From NCBI GenBank assembly GCA_964613525.1, contig CAZTIN010000002.1, positions 1-32,844 of the forward strand: a stretch of DNA of 32,844 nt. The letters are read 5' to 3'. Positions 1 through 6,867 of the stretch are shown one piece after another; position 1 is the stretch's first letter, and every line of letters starts with the position of its first letter. The DNA is from an uncultured Candidatus Saccharibacteria bacterium. Its GTDB lineage: Bacteria; Patescibacteriota; Minisyncoccia; Phycocordibacterales; UBA9973. The notes below the pieces were generated by a model that did not search any database, was not told where the DNA came from, and saw only the letters and a list, made by a program, of their open reading frames with translations. The translations under genes and the position numbers were made by a program.

Positions 1-14
1 ATAAAAAGGAAGTT

Positions 15-353
15 TTGTTTAAATGGTTCAATAAACTTAAGAAACATATAATAAATAAAGAAAACGCAATAGTAGAAAAAGGTAATACTATTACAACGAT
101 TGAAATTGATAGCTTTTTATTAAAAGAAATAGGATATTCATTTAATGAAAGAGATCTACAATTTATTATATTAATCAAAGGTACTATAGGCCTTTGTTTG
201 TTATTATCAATTACTTATTCATACTATTTTTTATTTTTTATACTATTATTAACTTTAATTATGATACCAGAGCAGTTAAGATATTTAGAAAGAAAACTAG
301 AAATAGCAAGTTATTTAAAAAAGAGAAGAGATGGTGATGGTGTCACTAAATAA
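15..353 (+). CDS. hypothetical membrane protein (TTG start in the track; frame stays open to the window start, so it may be 5' partial)
   Basis: 112-aa ORF with one long hydrophobic stretch (GLCLLLSITYSYYFLFFILLLTLIMI). A hairpin terminator follows. No family recognised. Confidence 0.35.
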   Translation: MFKWFNKLKKHIINKENAIVEKGNTITTIEIDSFLLKEIGYSFNERDLQFIILIKGTIGLCLLLSITYSYYFLFFILLLTLIMIPEQLRYLERKLEIASYLKKRRDGDGVTK

Positions 354-395
354 ACTAATTTGAACATTGTCTCAATTTCGGATTAAAGATAAAAC

Positions 396-424
396 ACTCG
401 TATTTTACATACGGGTATTTTATT
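396..424 (+). terminator. intrinsic terminator hairpin
   Basis: ACTCGTA (396-402) pairs with TACGGGT (410-416, one G-T wobble) around a 7-nt loop. A T-rich tail follows. Confidence 0.5.
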
Positions 425-433
425 TGTTCAGAA

Positions 434-442
434 TGCTACAAT
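434..442 (+). promoter_or_regulatory. extended -10 promoter TGcTACAAT, 6 nt before ATG 449 (leaderless)
   Basis: TG at 434-435 and hexamer TACAAT at 437-442. The gap 443-448 is 6 nt, then ATG. Confidence 0.5.
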
Positions 443-448
443 ATAATT

Positions 449-622
449 ATGAATAAAACCATTCGTAATATATTATTAATCATAGTTTCATTCTTCCTGT
501 CGCGCTATGCTTTTAGCCTGGTTAATGACCCCGAAGGCCCAAACCTGCTAATAGTTTCAGTGCTAGCTGTAGTGATTTATTTTGTACTGCGTATAATAAT
601 TAAGTTAGCATTTAAGAAATAG
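449..622 (+). CDS. small two-TM membrane protein, 57 aa (below the ORF-track cutoff)
   Basis: Hand translation gives MNKTIRNILLIIVSFFLSRYAFSLVNDPEGPNLLIVSVLAVVIYFVLRIIIKLAFKK, ending in TAG. It has two hydrophobic helices around a DPEGP turn and is preceded by a leaderless-type promoter. Confidence 0.4.
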   Translation: MNKTIRNILLIIVSFFLSRYAFSLVNDPEGPNLLIVSVLAVVIYFVLRIIIKLAFKK

Positions 623-629
623 AAATAAT

Positions 630-1019
630 ATGAAAAAAGAAAGCACAAAATATGTCGATGGGTTCGTAATTCCTATTAAAAAGAAAGACGTCCCAGCTTA
701 TAAGAAAATGGCCGAGTGGGGTAGGGGTACCTGGATGAAGCATGGCGCACTAGACTACTATGAATGCATTGGTGACGACCTAAAGGTTAAAAAGGGTCAA
801 GGTATAGGCTTCGGTAAAATGGCTAATTTAAAACCCAACGAAACAGTAGTATTTGCATATATTGTTTTTAAGTCTAAGAAGCACCGTGATGAAGTAAACA
901 AAAAAGTCATGAAAGAAATGGATAGCGAAGAGAGCAAGAAAAAGTATGAAAGTACGCCAATGCCGTTTGATATGGCGCGCTACGCATACGGGGGATTTAA
1001 TGTAATAGTAGCAGTATAG
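630..1019 (+). CDS. DUF1428 family protein
   Basis: YVDGFVIPI..AYKKMA...W.KHGALDYYECIGDD...VVFAYIVFKS..HRDEVNKKVM...PFD..R..YGGF matches my recollection of the DUF1428 family pattern. A terminator follows. Confidence 0.7.
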   Translation: MKKESTKYVDGFVIPIKKKDVPAYKKMAEWGRGTWMKHGALDYYECIGDDLKVKKGQGIGFGKMANLKPNETVVFAYIVFKSKKHRDEVNKKVMKEMDSEESKKKYESTPMPFDMARYAYGGFNVIVAV

Positions 1020-1022
1020 AAA

Positions 1023-1056
1023 ATCAGCCGTCGTAATATGACGGCTGATTTTATTA
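1023..1056 (+). terminator. intrinsic terminator
   Basis: Perfect 10-bp stem ATCAGCCGTC / GACGGCTGAT with a 7-nt loop, then a T-rich run. Confidence 0.8.
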
Positions 1057-1090
1057 TTTAACTGATACGCACTATCCAATTTTGGGGTTG

Positions 1091-1099
1091 TGCTATAAT
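1091..1099 (+). promoter_or_regulatory. extended -10 promoter TGcTATAAT, 8 nt before ATG 1108
   Basis: TGC plus TATAAT (1094-1099). The gap to the peroxiredoxin start is 8 nt and contains no SD. Confidence 0.55.
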
Positions 1100-1107
1100 A
1101 GCCCAAT

Positions 1108-1671
1108 ATGATAAATATCAATACACTTGTCCCAGACTTTGAACTGGATGCATACCATAATGACGAAATAAAAAAGATCAAATTATCTGATTATAAAGGT
1201 AAATGGGTCGTAATGATTTTTTACCCAGCAGATTTTACTTTTGTTTGTCCTACAGAGCTAGAAGATGCGCAAAAGATATATAGTAAAGTAAAAGAGCTTG
1301 GTGGGGAGATAATGTCCATTAGTACAGATACAGCTTTTGTGCACAAAGCTTGGCACGATAATTCACCTGCTATAGGTAAGATAGAATATCCAATGTTAGC
1401 AGATCCTACAGGTAATGTGTGTAGGATTTTCGGTACTTATATTGAAAACGAAGGCTTGTCATTACGAGGAACATTTATAATAGACCCCGAAGGAATATTA
1501 AAAACTATAGAAATTCACGAAAACAGTATTGGTCGTAGTGCTAAAGAGACATTACGTAAACTAGAATCTGCTAAATTCGTAAAAGAGAACAATGGTAACG
1601 TTTGCCCAGCTAGCTGGGAGCCAGGGGAAGACACATTAATTCCAGGAATAGATCTGATAGGTAAAATCTAA
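1108..1671 (+). CDS. typical 2-Cys peroxiredoxin (AhpC/Prx1 type)
   Basis: Peroxidatic Cys motif FTFVCPTE, then DT.F.HKAW, and a resolving Cys in NVCPASW near the C-terminus. 187 aa. Confidence 0.9.
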   Translation: MININTLVPDFELDAYHNDEIKKIKLSDYKGKWVVMIFYPADFTFVCPTELEDAQKIYSKVKELGGEIMSISTDTAFVHKAWHDNSPAIGKIEYPMLADPTGNVCRIFGTYIENEGLSLRGTFIIDPEGILKTIEIHENSIGRSAKETLRKLESAKFVKENNGNVCPASWEPGEDTLIPGIDLIGKI

Positions 1672-1674
1672 ATT

Positions 1675-1703
1675 AAAAAGCGGACGCTACTGTCCGCTTT
1701 TTA
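1675..1703. terminator. bidirectional terminator between convergent genes
   Basis: AGCGGAC (1679-1685) pairs with GTCCGCT (1692-1698). The stem is flanked by an A-run and a T-run. Confidence 0.75.
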
Positions 1704-1943
1704 TCTATGTGGGCAGCCGGCCCAGCAGCAAGGGCGGCGTTTGCCGGCGGATAGGTTCTCCAGGGCTATTCTGATGCGTCTTACGCGTGTTTCTGTCATT
1801 TTGGCGGATTCTATCCAGCATATCCATTCATTACGCGCCAAGGGCGTTATATCGTCCCAGGTAGCCAAAGATTTGGTCTTTTTAGCTAGCATATCTGCAA
1901 AATCAGCCTTTGTTTTGTGAACTGTGCCATGTTTAATACTCAT
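1701..1943 (-). CDS. YdeI/OmdA-like small protein
   Basis: 80 aa. LARNEWICWIESAK..ETR.RRI......L..GKRRPCCWAGCPHR resembles my recollection of the C-terminal domain of the YdeI/OmpD-associated family. The start lies 2 nt after the kinase stop codon. Confidence 0.55.
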   Translation of the reverse strand: MSIKHGTVHKTKADFADMLAKKTKSLATWDDITPLARNEWICWIESAKMTETRVRRIRIALENLSAGKRRPCCWAGCPHR

Positions 1944-1945
1944 AA

Positions 1946-2833
1946 CTATTTTATCTCGCCGCTTTTGCGCGATATGGGTAGTTCGATGAAGAATTTACTA
2001 CCTTTACCTAGACCTTTGCTTTTTACATATATTTTGCCACCGTGTTTTTCAATGATTTTCTTTGCTAGGTACATGGATAATCCCATTCCGTCAGTATTCA
2101 TTTTTCGGGCAATATCACCACGATAGAACCGGGTAAATATACGCCTCTTGTCACGCGCATCCATACCTATACCACTGTCTTCCGCATAGAATATGACTTT
2201 TTTGGGTTTGTTGATACAACCCAGGGTAATATTACCACCGTCTGGTGTATACCATAATGCGTTTTCCATAATAGCGTCAAAGACAAATGACATTTTCTTC
2301 AGGTCAGCGGTTAGTGGCGGTATCTCTGTAAAAAGTGATATTTTAAAGTTAAACTTTTTCTGGTCTATTATCGCGCGGTATTTTGAAATACTGCCTTCTA
2401 TGACTTTACGGATAGATATTGGACTCCAGAAATAGCTAGCTTTGTTGTCCACGTCTTGCATCCCTACAAGTATGTCCACAATGTTCAGTATTCTGTTAGC
2501 AGAATTATCTACATTTTGGATGTACAGCAATTTTTGCTTGTCTAACTCATTCTCGCGCATTTCTTTCAGTGCCCAGACAATGCGGGTTAAGGGCGTACGA
2601 AATGTATGGTTAACAATAGACATGAATTCATATTCTATAATGTTAACTTTTAAATATATTTTAATATAGCTAATACCAGCCATTATGATACTAATAACCG
2701 TAATAGCTGGGATTAAGAACCAAGGTATTCTGAAGTATTCGTAATAGTATTCGTTGTTTAGCAGTATGTAAATCAATGATAGGAAATACAGAAGTAGGAA
2801 AAACCATTTTACTATACGCCACGCTTTTTTCAT
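1946..2833 (-). CDS. sensor histidine kinase, intramembrane-sensing type (two TM helices, about 12-aa loop, no other input domain)
   Basis: H-box SIVNHTFRTPL. HATPase_c boxes NALWYT, EDSGIGM and DGMGLS. N-terminal TM hairpin. Confidence 0.85.
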   Translation of the reverse strand: MKKAWRIVKWFFLLLYFLSLIYILLNNEYYYEYFRIPWFLIPAITVISIIMAGISYIKIYLKVNIIEYEFMSIVNHTFRTPLTRIVWALKEMRENELDKQKLLYIQNVDNSANRILNIVDILVGMQDVDNKASYFWSPISIRKVIEGSISKYRAIIDQKKFNFKISLFTEIPPLTADLKKMSFVFDAIMENALWYTPDGGNITLGCINKPKKVIFYAEDSGIGMDARDKRRIFTRFYRGDIARKMNTDGMGLSMYLAKKIIEKHGGKIYVKSKGLGKGSKFFIELPISRKSGEIK

Positions 2834-2839
2834 GTTTAT

Positions 2840-2868
2840 ATTATATGTCTTTTATTAAAAATATTCAA
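2840..2868 (-). promoter_or_regulatory. sigma70-type promoter TTGAAT-N17-TATAAT, 6 nt before the kinase ATG (leaderless)
   Basis: The minus strand reads TTGAAT ATTTTTAATAAAAGACA TATAAT ATAAAC ATG. Confidence 0.65.
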
Positions 2869-2876
2869 AGCATATT

Positions 2877-2904
2877 TTGACATTACCTATATATGTGTTA
2901 CTAT
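2877..2904 (+). promoter_or_regulatory. sigma70-type promoter TTGACA-N16-(TGt)TACTAT
   Basis: TTGACA at 2877-2882, TGT at 2896-2898, TACTAT at 2899-2904. The gap to ATG 2931 is 26 nt. Confidence 0.65.
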
Positions 2905-2930
2905 ATTAAAGAACACAAATATATCAAAAT

Positions 2931-3266
2931 ATGCAAACAAAACAAAGAAAAGTTCTAGTCAACTGGAATAAGCTTTTCAAAAAATTAACTTTTACGGGCT
3001 ATGGTCAAGATTCTGACTACATAACCGTAGAACCCATGTCAAAGATCGAAGTCTTTCAAATCCGGGATATAGCAAATACCTTGGGTTTCAAAAATGATCT
3101 TTTTCATCCAGACCATAATGAATTGGGGTATTTTAGTAAATTAGACGAAAATTACAACATCCCACTGTTAAAAGAGTCTATTTTTTTAAAAGTCTATCAT
3201 TATGTTTATTCTAAAAATCGCAAATATTTCAAATACAACCTAATAGGTCATAGTAGGAAGAAATAA
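2931..3266 (+). CDS. hypothetical protein
   Basis: 111-aa ORF framed by its own canonical promoter and terminator. No family recognised. Confidence 0.5.
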   Translation: MQTKQRKVLVNWNKLFKKLTFTGYGQDSDYITVEPMSKIEVFQIRDIANTLGFKNDLFHPDHNELGYFSKLDENYNIPLLKESIFLKVYHYVYSKNRKYFKYNLIGHSRKK

Positions 3267-3300
3267 AGATCTGCTGAATACGTTTGGTTTTATGCAATCA

Positions 3301-3335
3301 ATCCCCCTGAGAGAAATCAAAGGGGGATTTTTTTA
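3301..3335 (+). terminator. intrinsic terminator
   Basis: ATCCCCCT (3301-3308) pairs with AGGGGGAT (3321-3328), followed by a T7 run. Confidence 0.8.
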
Positions 3336-3344
3336 TGATATAAT
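3336..3344 (+). promoter_or_regulatory. extended -10 promoter TGaTATAAT
   Basis: TGA plus TATAAT (3339-3344). The gap to ATG 3376 is 31 nt. Confidence 0.5.
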
Positions 3345-3375
3345 ATAGTTATATAAGTTAACCTATGAAAAGCCT

Positions 3376-3759
3376 ATGAACATAAACATAAAAGCAACCA
3401 ATATCGAGCTCACAAGTGCAATAACAGAATATGTTAACAAAAAAGTTGAAAGTCTAAGTAAATTCTTAAAATCAGAATCACCCGAGGTAAACGTAGAAGT
3501 AGGTAAAACAACTCAGCATCATAAAAATGGTGAATTCTATCGAGCTGAAATCAGGCTAATAGACGGTCCATTATCTAAATATGCAGCAGCTGAGAAGTCT
3601 GATTTGTATGCTGCAATAGACGAAGTTCGCGAGGAAATATTCCGTAGAATAACCGAATCCAATGATCGTAAACATACATTGTTTACTCGCGGCGCTCGTA
3701 GTGTTAAGAAAATGCTCAAAGGTCTATCTAAAAGAAACCCAGAAACAGGCACATATTAA
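3376..3759 (+). CDS. hpf: ribosome hibernation factor (RaiA/HPF, S30AE family)
   Basis: The family-typical N-terminus MNINIKATNIELTSAITEYVNKKVESLSKFL is followed by ...YRAEIRL... and then AAEKSDLYAAIDEV. 127 aa. Confidence 0.8.
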   Translation: MNINIKATNIELTSAITEYVNKKVESLSKFLKSESPEVNVEVGKTTQHHKNGEFYRAEIRLIDGPLSKYAAAEKSDLYAAIDEVREEIFRRITESNDRKHTLFTRGARSVKKMLKGLSKRNPETGTY

Positions 3760-3774
3760 AAGTCCCGTTTGATG

Positions 3775-3783
3775 TGCTAGAAT
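3775..3783 (+). promoter_or_regulatory. extended -10 promoter TGcTAGAAT
   Basis: TGC plus TAGAAT (3778-3783). The gap to ATG 3815 is 31 nt. Confidence 0.45.
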
Positions 3784-3814
3784 ATTAATAGTATTAGTTA
3801 ATTTATTTAAAATC

Positions 3815-4174
3815 ATGGATTTTTTACTTATTGTTGCTCGTGTTCTGTTTGGTGGATATTTTATAATGAATGGTTATAACCATATAGCCAAAGGTAAGCA
3901 TATGTCTGGTTGGGTTGCTAGTAAAAAAGTCCCTAATCCAAGCATGGCTATAATTGTGTCTGGACTAATGATACTTTTAGGAGGCCTAGGAATATTACTA
4001 GGAACTAATACTGAAATCTCAGTTATATTAATCATTGCTTTTCTTATACCAGTTACTTTCATGATGCATGATTTCTGGAAAGAAAAAGATCCAATAGCTA
4101 AAATGAATTCCTATGTAGGATTTACTAAAAACATAGCTTTGATTGGTGGAGCTCTAGCATTTTTATTTATATAG
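3815..4174 (+). CDS. DoxX family membrane protein
   Basis: 119 aa with multiple TM helices. The N-terminus ARVLFGGYFIMNGYNHI resembles DoxX. Confidence 0.7.
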   Translation: MDFLLIVARVLFGGYFIMNGYNHIAKGKHMSGWVASKKVPNPSMAIIVSGLMILLGGLGILLGTNTEISVILIIAFLIPVTFMMHDFWKEKDPIAKMNSYVGFTKNIALIGGALAFLFI

Positions 4175-4185
4175 TTTACTAAATG

Positions 4186-4219
4186 CAAAACCCTGCATTT
4201 TATAAAATGCAGGGTTTTG
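4186..4219 (+). terminator. strong hairpin terminator (17-nt perfect inverted arms)
   Basis: CAAAACCCTGCATTTTA (4186-4202) and TAAAATGCAGGGTTTTG (4203-4219) form the arms. The 3' arm supplies the TG of the next promoter. Confidence 0.75.
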
Positions 4220-4226
4220 ATATTAT
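4218..4226 (+). promoter_or_regulatory. extended -10 promoter TGaTATTAT, 6 nt before ATG 4233 (leaderless)
   Basis: TGA at 4218-4220, TATTAT at 4221-4226, gap AATATT, then ATG. Confidence 0.45.
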
Positions 4227-4232
4227 AATATT

Positions 4233-4955
4233 ATGCCTGTTTATAAAATATATAAAAATCTAGGGGAGACGCCGCTTCAGTCTCTCGAGCGTACTCGAAT
4301 AGAAAAAGAAATTGGTGCAGATATTTCTATGACTTATGCTGGGCGTCTTGACCCAGCTGCCGAAGGCGAAATGTATATAATCACAGGTGATGATATTTCT
4401 AACAAAGACGATTATTTAGCTTCTGATAAAATATACGAAGTTGAATATATTCTAGGCGCTAGCACTGACACTGGTGATTTACTAGGTATTCTAAAGAATC
4501 ATATTAGTAAAGATTTAGTAATTGATACTAAAGAAATCAAAGAATCTCTTAAATCTCTAGTTGGCGAAAGACAGCAGGCCTTCCATAAATTCTCTTCAAA
4601 GACTGTTGCTGGTAAGCCACTGTGGCTACATGCACGCGAAGGCACAGAAGCCAAAGCTACTCATAGTGTAAATATAAAAAGACTAGAATTAGTTAGTAGT
4701 GGATTTATCTCAACTCAAGATATTTTTAATAGGGTAGATATGTTATGTAGAATAGTCCAAGGTGATTTCAGACAAGATGCTATCATTCGCTCTTGGGAAA
4801 ACTTTTCAAAATTAGAATTAACATTGCCAATAATTAAAATATATGCGAATGTATCTACAGGTACCTATATGCGTGTTTTAGGTGAAGAAATAGGTGACCT
4901 ACTCCAAATACCTGTTTGTGCTTATAGCATAATCCGCAAAGAAATTATAAATTAG
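4233..4955 (+). CDS. truB: tRNA pseudouridine synthase, TruB family
   Basis: Catalytic Asp context AGRLDPAAEG, then K.YEVEY.LG.STDTGD..G, F.SK.V.GKPLW..AREG and STGTYMRVLGEEIG. Confidence 0.75.
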   Translation: MPVYKIYKNLGETPLQSLERTRIEKEIGADISMTYAGRLDPAAEGEMYIITGDDISNKDDYLASDKIYEVEYILGASTDTGDLLGILKNHISKDLVIDTKEIKESLKSLVGERQQAFHKFSSKTVAGKPLWLHAREGTEAKATHSVNIKRLELVSSGFISTQDIFNRVDMLCRIVQGDFRQDAIIRSWENFSKLELTLPIIKIYANVSTGTYMRVLGEEIGDLLQIPVCAYSIIRKEIIN

Positions 4956-4966
4956 AATTATATTGA

Positions 4967-5476
4967 ATGAAAAAATTTTTGAATAACTTTTTACCCGAGT
5001 TCGTATACGGGGCATTAGACGGTACTGTTACAACATTTGCTATTATCGCAGGTGTTGCCGGAGCAAGCCTGAGTCCAGGCATTGTACTGATCTTGGGTAT
5101 ATCGAATGTATTAGCTGATGGTTTCTCTATGGCGTCTAGTAACTATCTGTCTGAAAAATCACACCAAGCTCAAAGCGGAATAGTTCCGGAACATACTCCT
5201 ATGAATACTGCGCTAGCTACATTTATATCTTTTATCGTAGTTGGGTGTGTACCATTACTTTCATATGTTATCAGTGCTATTTTTGATGTGTGGCAAGGTC
5301 AAGAGTTTAAGATATCAGCTATTTTAACATCACTTGCTTTTATCGCTGTTGGTCAAGTTCGTGGTAAGATAACAAAAACTTCCAGAGTTAATTCTGCTCT
5401 TGAAACTCTAATCGTTGGCGGAGTTGCAGCTATTGTTGCTTACGGAGTAGGATTCTTCCTAAAAGGCATTGCTTAA
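4967..5476 (+). CDS. VIT1/CCC1 family membrane protein (putative Fe/Mn transporter), short form
   Basis: EFVYGALDGTVTTFAIIAGVAGA and LADGFSMASSNYLSEKS match the VIT family pattern. The C-terminal region contains TM helices. Confidence 0.7.
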   Translation: MKKFLNNFLPEFVYGALDGTVTTFAIIAGVAGASLSPGIVLILGISNVLADGFSMASSNYLSEKSHQAQSGIVPEHTPMNTALATFISFIVVGCVPLLSYVISAIFDVWQGQEFKISAILTSLAFIAVGQVRGKITKTSRVNSALETLIVGGVAAIVAYGVGFFLKGIA

Positions 5477-5487
5477 ACTAATAAAAT

Positions 5488-5519
5488 AAAACCCGTGAGT
5501 CTATAAACTCACGGGTTTT
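5488..5519. terminator. bidirectional terminator (convergent VIT gene and fmt)
   Basis: 13-bp stem AAAACCCGTGAGT / ACTCACGGGTTTT with a 6-nt loop, flanked by A/T runs. Confidence 0.8.
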
Positions 5520-5522
5520 ATT

Positions 5523-6326
5523 TTATTCTTCGATTTTCTTCACTTCTTCAATTTTGAATTTATTGTTTTGCATTGATGCTTTTATTATTTTATTCCTGTA
5601 TCTAACACCACTCTCTTCGGTAAAATAATACACTCCGGGCCAGCCAATATAGGCTTTGTATTTTCTATATTTTGTTTCATCTGTATCAGCATCTTTTAAT
5701 TCACCGTCTGACCTGTTTATTTTTGTTGTATAGGTAGCATTCTCATGGTCCTGAGGCTTCTTTATAGCATTACCAGATTCTATTAAGTCCAAAACATTTT
5801 TTAGTAATTCAGGGGACTTACTAACAACATATTTTTCAATATCTATCCTGTTCATATCGGGCGTTAATTCTATCTCGTCTTGCAGGTATATACTGCCATG
5901 GTCCAGCAGGGAATCCATATCCATAATTGTTATACCGGTTTTAGCATCACCATTTAGTATTGGCCCAGTCAGCGGTGATGCACCGCGGTGTAGAGGTAGC
6001 AGTGATGGGTGTACATTTATTATTCCATGTGGAAATAATTCTAGTAGCCAAATTGGTATTATTTTACCGTATGCAAAAAGTACTGCTACATCTGCACCTA
6101 TATTTTCCAGCTCTTCTTTAATGTCTTTTAGCTTTTCAGGTTGGATTAATTTAATACTATTTTCTTTAGCATAAAGAGCAACTTCAGGAGAAGCCATTTT
6201 CATTCCTCGTCCTTTGGGCGCGTCTTTACTGGATACTATTAGCTCTGGTTTACCGTATATATTAACTAAGCCAGCTAATACATCTTTGGATATCTCAGGT
6301 GTACCAAAATAAATATATTTAAGCAT
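5523..6326 (-). CDS. fmt: methionyl-tRNA formyltransferase (short, 267 aa)
   Basis: IYFGTPEIS start and HPSLLPLHRGASPL motif. It overlaps the def stop region by 8 nt, preserving the conserved def-fmt order. Confidence 0.85.
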   Translation of the reverse strand: MLKYIYFGTPEISKDVLAGLVNIYGKPELIVSSKDAPKGRGMKMASPEVALYAKENSIKLIQPEKLKDIKEELENIGADVAVLFAYGKIIPIWLLELFPHGIINVHPSLLPLHRGASPLTGPILNGDAKTGITIMDMDSLLDHGSIYLQDEIELTPDMNRIDIEKYVVSKSPELLKNVLDLIESGNAIKKPQDHENATYTTKINRSDGELKDADTDETKYRKYKAYIGWPGVYYFTEESGVRYRNKIIKASMQNNKFKIEEVKKIEE

Positions 6327-6867
6327 TTCTTCGGTTTCTATGAGGCTTGTATTCAGATGTAGGAACCTCTTTTATATTAATTGCGGTGTCTATAAATAGT
6401 ACTCCTTCTAGGTGGTCTGTTTCGTGCTGAAATATTTCAGCTAATAAGCCTCGGCCTGTTATCTCAAACCAGTCACCATTTTCGTCTTGGGCGCGCACAA
6501 TAGCGCGAGACGCGCGTCTAATATCACCATAATAAGGTCTAACTGACAGGCAGCCTTCGTGCATCATTTTGCGGTCCTTGGAAATTTTGACAAACTCTGG
6601 GTTAATAAAGAACATATCTTGATAATTATGTCCGTTTGATTTACCCTCTTCGTCTATCCCGAATACTCTACCTGACACTACAAAAATCCTTTTGTTTACT
6701 CCAATCTGAGGCGCAGCTAGGGCCACTCCGTCTGATTCTCCAGCTAGAGTTTCGCTCATATCTCGCAATAAATCCTCTAATTCTTTTGTTCCAAATTCTG
6801 ATTCAGCTACAGGTTTTGAGACATTGCGTAGTATTTTATTCGGATTTTGTAATATTGGTCTCTTCAT
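6319..6867 (-). CDS. def: peptide deformylase
   Basis: Motifs GVALAAPQIG, EGCLS and QHETDHLEG. Confidence 0.95.
   Translation of the reverse strand: MKRPILQNPNKILRNVSKPVAESEFGTKELEDLLRDMSETLAGESDGVALAAPQIGVNKRIFVVSGRVFGIDEEGKSNGHNYQDMFFINPEFVKISKDRKMMHEGCLSVRPYYGDIRRASRAIVRAQDENGDWFEITGRGLLAEIFQHETDHLEGVLFIDTAINIKEVPTSEYKPHRNRRNA

Noticed and set aside
828-1181. Track ORF 828-1181 (-), 117 aa, spanning the DUF1428 3' end, its terminator and the peroxiredoxin start
   Set aside because: It overlaps two well-supported plus-strand genes and a terminator hairpin, and has no recognisable motifs.
3336-3346. TATGATATAAT upstream of hpf resembles a half-site of the murA/murB palindrome (TATGATATATT), considered as a second operator for HTH-MurA
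   Set aside because: The similarity is exactly the extended -10 consensus (TGaTATAAT) in an AT-rich genome. There is no second inverted half-site nearby, so a promoter explains it fully.
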